Origin: Balanoglossus misakiensis
Taxonomy: Eukaryota; Animalia; Hemichordata
Reading direction: 5' to 3'
Length of the DNA: 64,000 nucleotides
Assembly: GCA_040954595.2 (NCBI GenBank)
Contig: CM082582.2
Location: 12,483,777-12,547,776, forward strand
Within the stretch, counting starts at the first letter, position 1; the number at the start of each line of letters is the position of its first letter. Of this stretch, positions 39,049-53,500 are shown in pieces. A program made the translations under genes and the position numbers. The notes under the pieces are model-generated. The model saw nothing but the letters and a program-made list of their open reading frames with translations, had not been told where the DNA came from and made no database searches.

Positions 39049-41434
39049 CCAAATCAGTCAATGAACATGATGTTCATCGTACCTTTTTAATTTTTACAGA
39101 CGTAGGTGTCATTGAAGTTTCCTTGAAATTTAAAGATTAGAGAGTAGTTTTTATTTGCACAGAAAAACATTTTTAAAGGTATATTTCTTCAAAGGTTTAA
39201 TACAATTAATCTAAATCTTCCATATCATCTTCTGAATTACAGTGCAAAAGTTTCCGATCAGGGATTGTTTTTTATTATGCCCTCAGTGGCAGTAAAATGT
39301 GAAACTTTTGTTCACAGATTGTCCTCTTGACTTTGCTTTTTTGTTGACTTCATATATATATCCTTCTTGGTATATTTGTGAAAACATTTTGGGGATGAAT
39401 TCATATCAGATTTAATGCATCTACATTTGTCATGTTTTCAGTAGTTGTGTACAAATTATTTTCTTGTGTAATCTACATCTGAAGTTATTCATGTTAAAAG
39501 CCACTGTATCTTTTGAGTCTAGAAAATACATTAAAGTTATACGTTTACACTGGAGAAAATGTGAGAATTTGTCAAGATTCAGATATTCTAATATATACAA
39601 TGGTTATGCAATAAATCAAGACCTTTCCATTAAGAATGCTAAAAGTACCAGTGTAATTTATAGTTGCACAAATTTACTGTAAAACACATGTGAAGATTAT
39701 GCAATAAATCATGTTTTTTTAATTTTGTACATCAGCTGAGAAATGCGTTTTTGACTATTGTGTTGAGGCCGGAATGATGGGGTGTTTGTGCATGTTTAAA
39801 CTACAGACCACTGGTAAAACATCCAAACTTGCTACAGATCCTGATCTACAGACATATGAACACAAACATGCCATTTGGCAGTTTCTTGATGAAACTTATA
39901 GCACTTCCAATTGAGACAAATCAAAGAAATGAACGTCATAAAATTCAACTTGCAACACATTATCATGATACTTTAATTATACCAGTGAGTACGCTGTACA
40001 CATACTGCAAGTGTTACAACAACAAATGAAATATAGAAAACAATAATCTTATACATATTAATATTATAATTATTTTGCAAGGTGTAAAGTATTTGCTCAG
40101 AAGTGTTTCTAAACTCCAACAGATAATATTGCACTCAGATTTCACATATGTACATATCTTACTTTTTACAAAGAATTAATACTGAATCAGTTTGTCTTAG
40201 CCATCCAATTCTTTATACACATTATAACCTGTTCTTTTGTCCTGATGTTCGACTAACCATATGAACTGGGTAGCCAGCATTCATATCCAGGGAACTGAGA
40301 AATAAATGGCTCAAAACATCAATTATCCACAGCCATATATTATTGAAACACAGATAAATTCTAATTCACATAGATTTCTGTTTGACTTTGCCAGGTTACA
40401 GCTTAAGACCTTTCACTTGTTATTTGGTTTGGAGTCAGAACATGAATTATTTCCAAGATTTGCAGTTTCATAACCGTCACTGCTACAAACTCGTGATTTA
40501 TAGAACAATTTAATTGGCAAGATTAGCATATTCCCTGCTGCCGGTTAATGCAGAGATTTTCATTTTCTGAATATCCACATTTGCTGTTTTCAGTATTTTT
40601 GTTTTTGCATATATCTACTGCAGTTTCTAGTTCAAATGGTTGGCTGAAGGGTGGGTGGGTCGTTAGGTGAATGCACGAATAGAATAAATGAATAAATGTA
40701 CATGTATACCTATTATTTTTTCATTTTACATTCAGGATATGTGATCGAGATAAATTAGGAATACAAAATCTTACACATACTGGAAAATAGGGTTTTAAAC
40801 TAATACTTAATTCCGCAAAAATATTGCAGATGTAATAAATCCTTTTTAATTGATGGCAAGCTCTTGCTATGAAATACTGATAACCGTGCAGGCTAATTTT
40901 TACAGCAGAAAATTTACATGGAAAAGGCTGTGGTTTTCAAATCCCATTAACAACTGTCATATGTCACTGACATCTGACTTGATTTGCATTAACTATAGCT
41001 CTCTTTGAGATTGTTTGCGGAGATATGTAGCCAAGATCACATGATAAAAGCTTGACCATGTTGACTGGAACAGTCTCAAAACACGATATTCATAAATGCA
41101 TGTCAGGATTTTTTTTTATGCTTGGGAATTATTGTAGACCGTTTACGAATGTGTGATTTTAATATGTGCAAACTATAGGCTGTTGATCATTTCTGAATGC
41201 GTGAAAAACCAGTGAGATGTAAAAAATTGTGGCGATAACATTTAATTGGTGCAAAAAAATTCCCCTACTGATCAGGGTATAAAAACATCAAATGATACTA
41301 TTATGGTATCATCTCACTATATTGAGCATGTTTAGGAAAGTACGCAGCTGTTTACTTCTTGAATAGACAGGATTACAACTGAATAAAATTGGCAGAGTCT
41401 AAAGATATCTAACATGCCAATGGCATAGCCGAGC

Positions 41435-41528
41435 TCAAACTGTTGATTCATATGTAATATCAATCTGATCATCATCAATGTCTTCATTAGAAGCAAGATG
41501 TATATTGACATGATTATGATTATCATCT

Positions 41529-41560
<32 letters not shown>

Positions 41561-44500
41561 AACACCATTGCAACTTCTATGAAGCAGAACTGGATCAGGA
41601 CATCGGGTAATCATGACCGGTTGCTGAGAGAGGTTACTCGGTGGTAAAAATTGCTGATGTTCTATTGAGGAGCAGGTCATTACCACTGGAATGTGATCAG
41701 TCAAAGTAGCAAACTGACTGACAAAGTTATATTCCTCACAGCTCTGTAAAAAATGAATGAGAAAACAATTATGATGATTATACGGTAGTAATGCATTGAC
41801 AACAAAATGATACATTGTATGCATGTGGTCGGTACATCCTGATCAGGACATGCGTATCATGACTGGGTCACTTGCAACGTTGGTGTTGAAAGAAACCTTT
41901 AATATTTTATTGCCACAAAATTAATTGCCAGTTCTGTATTCAACCTCTAATAGCAGAACCTTTGGGAAACATTTTCATATGCTGTGCTGTGATGGTCAGG
42001 TTATGTGTAGTGTTCTGTATGTACACCTGAGTAATAGCTGGGGCATACACAAGGATACAATTGGGTAAGACAGTAGCCAAATCCATTAGTCCCACCTGAC
42101 TCTGTCCACAGGGAGTAATAACCACACATCCGATAGGTTAAATAGGTTAAATGCATTCTGAGATGTGTATCAGAGGGATTTCAAGCATTTATCGTCCATT
42201 TCCAAGACACAAACTCTATCTTATCATTTCAATGTGATGGTTAAAAGCACACTGTGTTAGATGTTTAATGTGGCAGACATGTTCATCTGATAAAAGTGTT
42301 TTATTTTTAGCAGATCTGAAGTGCATGCACCAAATGTAGCATATTCGTTTCCACATGAATTGTCCATGATCAAATAAAGCAAGAATATTTAGCCCTTTCA
42401 TTCCCATTTCCATGTATAAAGGTAAATAAATACCTGTTTGCAGTGAGTTGTTTTATTACTATACATCAAAAAATCTGTTCTTCTTCTGCCATTGCCTTTG
42501 TATCTCTGAAAATCTCTTGTTGCAGCTGGTATGCTGTTTTCTGAAAAGCTGTAAGGTTCAATGTCTTCCACAAACAAACCTCTTGCACTTTGGTCTTCAA
42601 GAACTCTATGGGGAAATAACAACACACACAGCTTCGTCAACTTAAAAGTACATGTAAGTAATAGATAACCACAAACGCAGAGTAGATACAGGATCAGAAT
42701 CGCAATCTAGAATCTAGAATATGAGTGGGTGGAGGTGATGGAAATACCACTTTCAATTTGCCGCACTGCTGAGTGGTGCAGGATATAATCATCTGAGAGT
42801 AAAAACACACTGTGAGGCTGAGACTGCAGAGGTGCATGTACTGTACATGTATGTTTAAGTGTACATTATATCCAGAAAAATAGAAACCTCACAGCTAGAC
42901 TGCATATTTTGCTCCAGGTACGGCAAGCGTACTCCTATTGATAAGCTAACAACTGAAGATGGTGTGATTTCAGGGCATTAAATGGATTTCTGCGGTTGTA
43001 GATGACATGCTAAGAACTAGAGTCTGCACCCACAATAGAAATATGTCGGATCAGGTGGGTTCAGCCTCTAATGATCTCTGCGAAGCAGAAAAAAATGACT
43101 TTGTCGAATTGTGGAGATGACAAAACGTCTTCCAAGTCATTCTGGATTCTGACAGCAATGAGGAACCTATTACTAGCACCACATGACATCCACAGAAACC
43201 ATTCAACAGAATTTGTAAAGAAATTCTGAAATGGCCTGCATACACCTTTGATTGGACACTCACCTTTGTAAGCCTTCGGGTGTGGCTACTTCATCTTCAT
43301 AAAGCATTTCCTGGTTAAGTTCGGTGCCAACTGTCCATGTCTGATCCAATCCAGCTGTAATCTGACATGGGTCTGTGTATTGGGATAACACCTGGTGACT
43401 CCAGTTACTCATATCACCTGTGCAGATGAAGATTTAGAGACATATGAGCTGACTCAGAAGAACACATCCTCCTAATTTCCCCCACTAGCAATACTAAATA
43501 TGGGATGTTATTTCATCATAACAATCTTCTAGTACATGACATAAATCCCATATCATACTACTGTGATAATATGATGTTGACTGTGTAATCCCAGAGCAAT
43601 AAGCCTATGATAATCTCTATAACTGATCTTATAATCAGATTTTGGTTGTGCTGTACGTTACCTGCTCGATTTTCTTTTTCAAAACCAGCCCACCAACAAA
43701 CCATTTAATATCATCAAGCTAAACATCTGATGTGATTTTTTTTAACTTACAACTGGAAACTGCAGGCACACTTTTAAAGTACACTGTCCTTTTAAATACC
43801 AACTGTTACTAGTTTTCCAGCTATAATTGGTTTCTGATTGAAAGGCAACTTTAATCAACTCTTACCTGGTGACATGTTATCAAAATTGAAATCCCCACAC
43901 AGGACGTCAAATGCAATAATATCATGTGGTAGTGTCGTAGATCTGGTCTTTGCCTTGAAATCATGTAACCATTTCAATAATTTATTCAGTTGATTCAGTC
44001 TGACCAAACTTTTATCTGTGCATACAAAGAAAAGAAATCAAGGATGTTTGAAAATGAAATTGTCCCCAGGGATGCCACTGAAATAGGAAATTGCAAATTT
44101 CAAAAATTAGGTTTTCAGATTTGATTAATATCGTATCTCAGTGTATTGACACGTAAATATAAAAAGCTGACAAAAAGAATAATTAGTGTGTAATGATTGA
44201 TGTATTTCATTTGATGGCCATCAAAAGATTAGATAATGAAGACAGACAGACTGTGAGAGAGTTATACATTAATGATACTATAAAAACTGGCTACAAAAAT
44301 AGCTTTAACTAGAAATCTTGGTATTAGAAAACATTCTTCACACAGGTATTATATTGACAGATTGTACATGATATGACTTTCTTGACAGAATTGTATAATA
44401 CGATAGAGTAATTGCTCACAGCATGAAAGGAAAGATTGTGATTCAAATCACCCTGACAATATTATAAGTATCGAGTATATTGAAACACTATAAATTTTAA

Positions 44501-47500
44501 ACTGTGTGTAAATTGAAATGCCAGAAATCCTTCACTTCATCACTTGTAACTATGGTTACTTCAGCACTGGAGTGATAGCCATGGTGGATTCTATAAAGGC
44601 TGTTAATTTAATTTCTACACATAACATCTGCAATTAAGTTTGTCTTTGATGTATAGTTTGGCACAATTTAATATCTCAATGGCAATACATCTTCCTCAGG
44701 TTACCATGGTGCTAAATATACACACAGTCACCATTATTGCTTTTCAAACAAATTTTTGGATTGCATCATTGGCATCATAGCTTAACACACAAATTCTTTG
44801 TGCAATAGCTGGTCCCTTTCTCTTGGAAAGCCAGCCACTTTTTTTATTTTTCAACTTGTGTGAGTAATATTGGAGTAATATAAAGGTGTCACATCTTTGT
44901 ACAGCATGTCCTCTTTTACACATTTTGAATGCAATATTTATTAAGCAGCACAATCCATATATTGATTACTAAGCATTGTACATAATATGAGGATACGTAC
45001 ATCTTAGAATTCCATTCAATTCCTGCTTGTGTGTGTTCAGCTGATCAGTTTGAAAGGTGTAATTTCTGTGACACGACTAAAAGATCAATAACCCACTACT
45101 TATAACAGTTGCAATATATTTACAAAACTGGATCTCCCTACAAAGGGTTCTGTCCGCTCTCATAGAAACACTCAAGATTAATCATGGTTTTGGTTTTCTC
45201 AACACAAGTGTACATAAAAAGCAGATCACAAAGAGTGCCGGTTAAATGGCCTACAACCAGGGCATGGAATTCAACATGGATTTCCAATGAATACTTCATG
45301 CATTTCTGTACAGTTCACCAAAGCCACGCAACAAATGTTAAAGTGTCCATGACACTGTGTCCGCTCTCATAGAAACACTCAAGATTAATCATGGTTTTGG
45401 TTTTCTCAACACAAGTGTACATAAAAAGCAGATCACAAAGAGTGCCGGTTAAATGGCCTACAACCAGGGCATGGAATTCAACATGGATTTCCAATGAATA
45501 CTTCATGCATTTCTGTACAGTTCACCAAAGCCACGCAACAAATGTTAAAGTGTCCATGACACTGAATTTGAAATCACAATTTTCCCTATCAAAATCTCTC
45601 TCAAAAACTGATGGTTAGTTGAGAGAGAAGAGAACTCTGTCGATAAGGATTCAAAAAGGAGATGTGTGCATTAGTATGACATGTTCACAATTTTAATTGG
45701 ATAAAGTCAGATTCTATGAATGTTATCTTGCTCATTAAGTTGTTTAAGATTCAATACACATATTCATCTGAGTGATCATTATAATCATTAATGGTTTTAA
45801 TGAGAATGAATAGAGTGTGCACACATCCATAGTACCGGTACAACAACTGGATGACATTAATTTTTACTACTGCAGGATGGAATTTGACATCATGCCAAAA
45901 GTCAAGCGATTTTCTCCCTTTAATTTCATGTAATTCTACCCTGTTAATGATGGTGTCAATATCTAACAACACAGAACATGCAGAATACCATTTGCCCAAG
46001 CAAGTTCACTCACCCATCATGCAAACCGAACAATTTAATCAAATCAATTTCCCCTTGTGGGAACATCAAAAACCCATTAACATTTGTCCTCTTTGCCCCT
46101 TTTCTGTCTTAGCGTGGGATTTATATCGACCAGATTAATTAAACTCTGGCTATTTAGGTATCAAGGTTGTTTAAAGACATTTCTGTGTATAGGTTTGTCT
46201 TGTTCAGTCGAATTTCACCTGGAGGAAAGTATGCATTGGAACACATCTGATCAGTTAGCTATCTACACATGAATTGCAGAGGAAAATATATGCCTATTTT
46301 CGATTGATGATGAAGGTTCTAACACCATTTTCCTGGAAATACGGTTCCAGTTATAACATGATAGTGTACTTTTCAAAACCTTCTGTGAGACCGTGAGAAT
46401 ACAATTTGTGGCTTGTAAGGAACTACAATATGTTGCCATGGTTACCAACTCAATGGATGAATTTTCGAAACATTTCAATAGAATGACATTACATCTATCA
46501 TTAAATTGCAAGTTGTCGCAATTCCAGATGTCACGTACACTAGAATGAACAATTTTATTCCTTCTACAAAAAAATATCAGAAATCTGAGAATATCACCAG
46601 ATTCTGCACGTACGCCGTGCCTTTTTCAGAAAACTTACAGCTAGTTGACAGCAACTCATATTACACTATGTTGGCTTGTTTGCTTCGTTTTGACTCTTCA
46701 AATGATAAAAGAGATCGATGCAGACCATCTATGCATTTATAGGAGAGATGATAGTTCAACTAATGCCTTTTGGTCCATGTATATTGCTACATGCTTTTGG
46801 CAAATTCATTACCAAATGATTTAGGTTAGCTACATGTACATGCACATCACGCTACACCTACTGGTTCCACAGTTAACAAGACTGATGTTCCATGCAAAGA
46901 CAAAATAAACCATGGTGGAAATGTATTGTTAGTGCAAATTTCCTTTACCTCGTCCTGACTGTAGTTGGGTTACAGCAATGTATCCAACAATCTTCTCTTT
47001 GTCTCTAGTATTGCCAAGGTGGACCTACCAGAAAATAAAAAAATATATATGCGTTAAATCACGGTAGCAGTGTATTAAAATTATTATTAGTATTGAAACA
47101 GACAGACACATGGACAAACAATGTCTGTTCATTTAGTAGCAAGAGTGAATTGCTATAATGTGATTTGGGAACAAAATCTGAGGATCCAGAAATCACCTGT
47201 ATGTGGTAATTATAGTTTTACCTTGAATTTATTACTGCTTAATTTGTGTGGCTGTACATATACAAGGTATTTTACTGTACAAAATTGGACAAACACACTA
47301 TGGCAAAAGGAGTCTCATACATCTGAGCTGTCAAGTCGAAATACAAATTGGATTAATTTGTTTACATCTAATTCACAAAAGTCTTGTCTCCGGTTTCAGT
47401 TACACCTGATTTCCACTGGGATATCCATTTCACAATCAAGTCCATGCCATGCCAGTGATTGGATTTACGCTTCCCTACAAGGTCTGACAAATTCAACGAC

Positions 47501-50500
47501 TGATCCCAAAGATCTCCAGTACCTTAATAGGAGTCAATGGGTGCCTTCCACTATACTAATAGATATACTCTGTCTTCCTTCATCAATAATGCACAATTTC
47601 AGAGAGCTTTCTGGTGGAAAATTTGTTCGTTTCGTGATGAGTGTCATGACCACGAGCTCTGAATTTCTGCTGCAGGAGAGATAAAGTTTTCATCTAAATT
47701 ACTCCCTCATGTGTATTGCCTAGATGGAAAAGTGGGCAGAGCAACCCACTTTTCAGGATGATTGGAATGGTACATACACATAGCCTCAATACATACAGTA
47801 AAACTGTTTTCGGTGCACATTTTTCAATTTTTTGTTGTGTAGATTGGTATTCTACTTACGAAGGTATTTTAATACATGTGCTCAAATCAACCATTCATTA
47901 TCTATACAGAGAATATAATGAAGCAAGGAACAACAGAAACTTCCTTGATTGACAACAGTAAACTACAGTCCTGGCCGCAACACAGAATTCCCAGAATTAT
48001 AACAATTCCAAGCAGTCCGCGACAATGAGCCAGATAGGAAGACATCCAATTTGCAACAAATCAATCAGATCCAGGATTGAAACTGCCCAACAGTTGGTAA
48101 TTCCAAAGCCTTGAATGAATGAGATTGCAAGAACGAAATACCGTAGTTACTCAACCTCTTTGAATGAAATGGTACAATTTGAAAATAAGAGAAACAAGAT
48201 TAGATTTTGAATTAAGTCTTTTCACTCAATACTAGTAGTTTAAATCATAAGGATCAATTCTGAACCTTCAGAAAATTATCAAATAATGATACTTCAAATA
48301 TGTCAGAAGTGGAAAACATAATAATGAGCTGCATTTACTGGAGGATGGTTTTCTCACACCAAGTAAATTCAATCTTTTCCAATAATTTCATACAAAATGC
48401 CATTACATTAACTTGATTAGACTGTCTGGGTGACACTGACAAGTTGAGTATGGATTTTTTCCTAAGATTGGAACCTGATTGATTGTTGTTCATAAAACAT
48501 GGAAAATTCAAGGCACACTAGTTAATTTTAAGCGATATTTGAACTTTGTATCTCATTTTATTATTCCAAGGGCTTATCCTCCTGGGTATATATCTTTCTT
48601 AATGACAGGCAACATATTTTTGAGGCACTCTGGCCATAATAACAGATATAGGCATGTTACTGCTGAAAGCTACAGTGCAATCATGCAGAACAGAAATTAA
48701 TGCCATATACTTTATACTTGAAGCTATGTAGCTCTGCATGTAAATCACTGATCAGTCATGTATAATTTGATATGTGGTGATAAAGAAAGTCTTGGCGGTT
48801 GAATGCTATACACTCCCCAATTCAATGCATGAGAAATGACAAAATGTTTCATTAATATTCATTTACGCCCATCATTTAGTTAATTTTCACCTGAATCCAC
48901 TGATTTATCAGGAAATGAAGATCCCGGGTATATCTTCAAGCTCATACATTTTTATCTGCTAACTATTTAATATCTCTTTTCTGAGCAACTCAAAGTATTC
49001 ATAATCATACTTTAGGAGAGATACCATTCCACAAGAAGTAACATAAACTTGATTAAATTCCCACTTTTCTCTCAAAAGCACGAGCCTGTATAATACTGTG
49101 ATAGTTTCAGGCTAATCAATATTAGCATGTTTATAACCTGCGGTAGGAAACTGGGCCTCTCAAAGGTGGCAAGACTAATGCATGAAAATAACCCATAATG
49201 TCTCTGTGCACAGGAAAAACGAAATAGATACTGAAATGGACAGTTGCAATGTATAAGTACCACATTTCCACTAAACTGTCTTTATTTAGCAAAATGTCAG
49301 CTCTACTCAGGAATATGATACCTAGATGACATATTAGAGCTGATCATCAATACTGACCAAGCTTTCTATCTGGTGGGCGAAGTGTACTTTGCGTGTTTCT
49401 TTTAAATTGAATGAGAGTGGTTTTGACAGTCAGCAGTCTACTAGATGTTTCACTAACAAATTACAATTCACATGCTAAAACCAACTTGCCTTGCAAAGAG
49501 ATTTGTCGATTGAGCGTACCAGTATTCTGGTCACATTCATTGCTATTGAAGATTTATCATTATCTGTGTTTTAAATCAATCCTTTATTTCATGGTTCTGA
49601 TCGTTCCTCAGCATTAAATTCTGGTTGAAAAGAGGACAAAAACTGGTACATGCAACATCAGAACCATTATGATAGCCAATCAGAGTAATCCACTAGTACG
49701 GTTCAACCAATCAGATTTCATATTTCATTAATTGGATGTTTCAGCTTACCTGCCCTTTGTGCATGTTGCTCACTGGGGCAGGTACCAGCCAAACATTTCC
49801 TCTTGTTTTGTGATTTATTCTTGAAATAGCCATCAGTAGAATTAAAGCATAGTGTTGTGTTGATTTCATTGGATTGTAAACCTAATACTCTCTCTCCTGT
49901 GGAAATCTTGTTGAATGCACTTAGTCAGCAACTATATTTGTGAAGGTTTTATTTGCGAACACTCTAAGGAAGATAACGAAATCTAATCTGTGTACATCTG
50001 CCGAGATACGTAAGGTTAAACTTAGAGTTGTCTCTCCAAATGCAACTTAATTCTAAAAGTGAATCTTGGGGCCATGAACCATAATTGAATTCAGTGTCTG
50101 ACAGAATGTCTGCCATGTTATATTTCAAATATATCATCTAAATGTACCTTGCATTAGTCGTAGTACTAGAATATTAAATATTAAATTTCAATAACATCCA
50201 TATCTGCCTACTCAGTCTCAGTATGTGAGTAATTGACCCCTCAGTGGCCGGTGTAAATCCCACCAGAAAATTCAATTTTCACAGATCTGCTACAGTGGTT
50301 TCACTTCCCTCCTCTATAAATATTTCATAATGTAGCTACCAAGAGACTCATCCAAGCACAGCTTTTTCTTGTAAACTGGCTTTATATCTTAAAAATTTAA
50401 ATTTATATCAGTATCTGTCTTTTTTCAACTCTGCTAAAATAATCATTATGAGTGTACTTTTGTTAGGCTGTGGCTATAGGTCTTCAATATATTCTGTGAT

Positions 50501-53500
50501 GTGTCTTCTATCAACCTGTCTGAAACTTACAAAAGGCTCTTGCCAATAATAAGCTTTGTTAGTCTTGCCTTGGGTCAATGGTTAACACACTGGGTGTTCA
50601 GCGAAATGATTTGTTAATCATTAAAAAGCCTTGCCACTGTTAATTTATCAGTGTTATCTAATTATCACACTGACCATGAAGAAATGCCTCAATGATCAAA
50701 GAATCCGCCTGTCCATATCACCCAAATGTGAAATTCTGTTTCACTGATTGTCCTGAGGGTAATCTATTCACAACTGTTTCATCACAATCGAGAGAACGCC
50801 TGATGATGTCTTGCTGTTCCAGCTATAGTGAAGATAATCAGCAGCAAAACTGCTCTTGATTCCGCAAAATTTATCATAACACCCCAAAAAGGATTTATCA
50901 AGGGTTTAAACACTTCACAAAAAATGTGATTTCCCTTTCAGATTCAAAAAATCATGTGATGTCATTGTCAATATAGATTTGTTTAATTATTATTAAGCCA
51001 GCATTACTGTTCGATCATATTGATTTAAATCTCTAGAACTTAGAAGGTCTTAATTTACAGATGAATAAGCAACTGCAAGGCCTCAAGGATAATACAGCTC
51101 ATTGATTTGAAGAGGAGAAATTCTGAGAATCTGCTAATTTCATTGCAGCATGTCTACTTAATACACTTCAGTGATCCTTCAGGTAGTCTGCAATATACAT
51201 GTAGTAAATTATGCAATCTCAGCCAAGACTATAGTCAAAGCAAAATAACAAGTTCAAACTATTTCAAATCTATGCCTATACACAGGGCTTTCATACTTGA
51301 AAGTGGAATTAGACCATGTCTAAAGTAATGAGGTTTTTAGGACACTGAGGCAGGATCATGTGATCAATCATGAATGATGTGTAAATTACTTTGGCCTTTT
51401 CAGATAATGTCATTTTAGTCATAATCCAAGTTCATTATCGATCATCATCATGGTCTAATTGTATGAGTATATCATAATAAAAATGGTACAAATTTCTACA
51501 AATGATGTCATTAAGAATTCACCTCCAAAAACTATGATATTAGCATCACATCTTGTCATACACCCATCAAAAATGTATCTAGATTGCAACTGCCTTCATC
51601 AAGCCCATTCTGTCTTATGATGTTTATACAGATATCAATTTCCAATAGATTGAAAGTTATTGAATTAATTCACTTTAGCAAGGCGACACGTCTGTGTAGA
51701 CAACCCAGATTGATATCATCTTCTTTTCTTCAATTAATCATGGGTTGAGTTGTAGTAGAAGCACTGATATGTAGCTGATATATGTTACACCATGCAGAGT
51801 GTATGTTGTTAATGTACGATGAAGTAGGTGGGTGGGGAGATGTACGGTACCTTTATTGAACATACCAGTATGGTATAGTAGTACCGGTACTTGACCACAT
51901 GGGTTTACTTAAATATAGAAAGATCTTGTCATCATTTCAAAGTGGCAGATTTATCATTTGCTTCTGAATGTGACATGTGAATGTGGTAAGAAATTATATA
52001 AACATACAGACTGTTGGGTGAAAGGGTTAAAATGTTTCGCAAAAAATAGAGCTATACTGACCGAGTGTAGCCTGCAGGGAACGAAAGCCATTAAGAATTT
52101 CCCTGAAGAGGGTTGTTTATTTTGGAGGCAATCAAACTCTTCACTTGTTTATTTCACTACTCGTTCTACTGTTTCATATGTTCTGCTTTTGAAACCAAAG
52201 ATGTTCAGATACCCCCCTGGTATAATAAGTGGCTTGTGGGCAACTGCCTGTCAATGTCAAATGTTGATGATTAAATTAAACCTAAATTTGCTTAACAACT
52301 AGCTTTACTGAAACATATCAAATGCTAGGAGGCAATTGTAAGTACATTTCACAGAGAAGTAGAATGTAGTTGATAGGAAAAAACACTGAAAATACAATTA
52401 AAGATAATTTCATATTTAAATTGCAAATAATACTGTAATTTTACAAATGCAATGCACCAAGGTCAACAATTATTTAAACATTAGAATCATAATTTTCATC
52501 AACTCAATCTACTTCACCAATGTAATCCACTTTTGCATTTCTGTTGCAATATTCCACAGGAGAGATATTGTTGGTTTAATTTCCTGACGTTTATCACAGG
52601 ACTGATTTCCTCATATCCTCTAGTTAACTCTGTATTTCTGATGTATTACCGAGTTCCCCCTCAAGATTGAATTTGCTGTTTCAATCTTTTATAGAAGATT
52701 GCCGTCAGGGATTATGTCGAAAAAAGACAAGGCTATGATGCATCTCAGTACAACAACTACATAAATTGGTACTAGTATATCTTCATGTCCTATTTCCTGA
52801 AAACACAAACCAATATTCGGTATAATCATCAAACATGACAACTCAAGCAAAGGATAACGTTAAAATCCAAGCAAGTGAAAGGCAATTTTATCAGTAATTC
52901 ACAGTTCAGAAATCTCAACTGTAAACAACAGGAAATTGAAGGGCCTACAATCTATCACATTGACGAATTACACTGACTTGTCATCAATCATACAGGTCTC
53001 GTCTGTGATTGCGGCCTCACACCTCTAGGTGATTGATACATGACGAATGTTCTGTGAATGATAACGGTTGCCTATGCAGAGCACAATGATAACTGGTATC
53101 CAAAAATGTCTACACCAAATTCGACGAAATGTACTGCAGAGGCTGAGCGCAATAGTGAAATGTAACAAATAGGATGGTTCTATGAGTATCATGTCAATTA
53201 TCTCTTTATTTGCATATTTCAAGAACGTTTGTAATTACCGATTTCCTAATTTGATCAGTGATGTAGATAATAGCTGGCCACCTGACAAAATGGCCTTTCT
53301 GAACTCAGCTTGGGACTTATTATGTTTTAAATTGAAACACACACTCATGGTCAAAATGCCTATCTGAACTCAGCATGGGACTAGATATTATATTAAATGT
53401 TTTAATTGCAACATCGTGCAGCATTTTAGTAGGATGGATGTCACAAAAATTTTCCATGCTGTCTCCATTCATGTCTGATCTGTCAACCTTGCAAACACAG

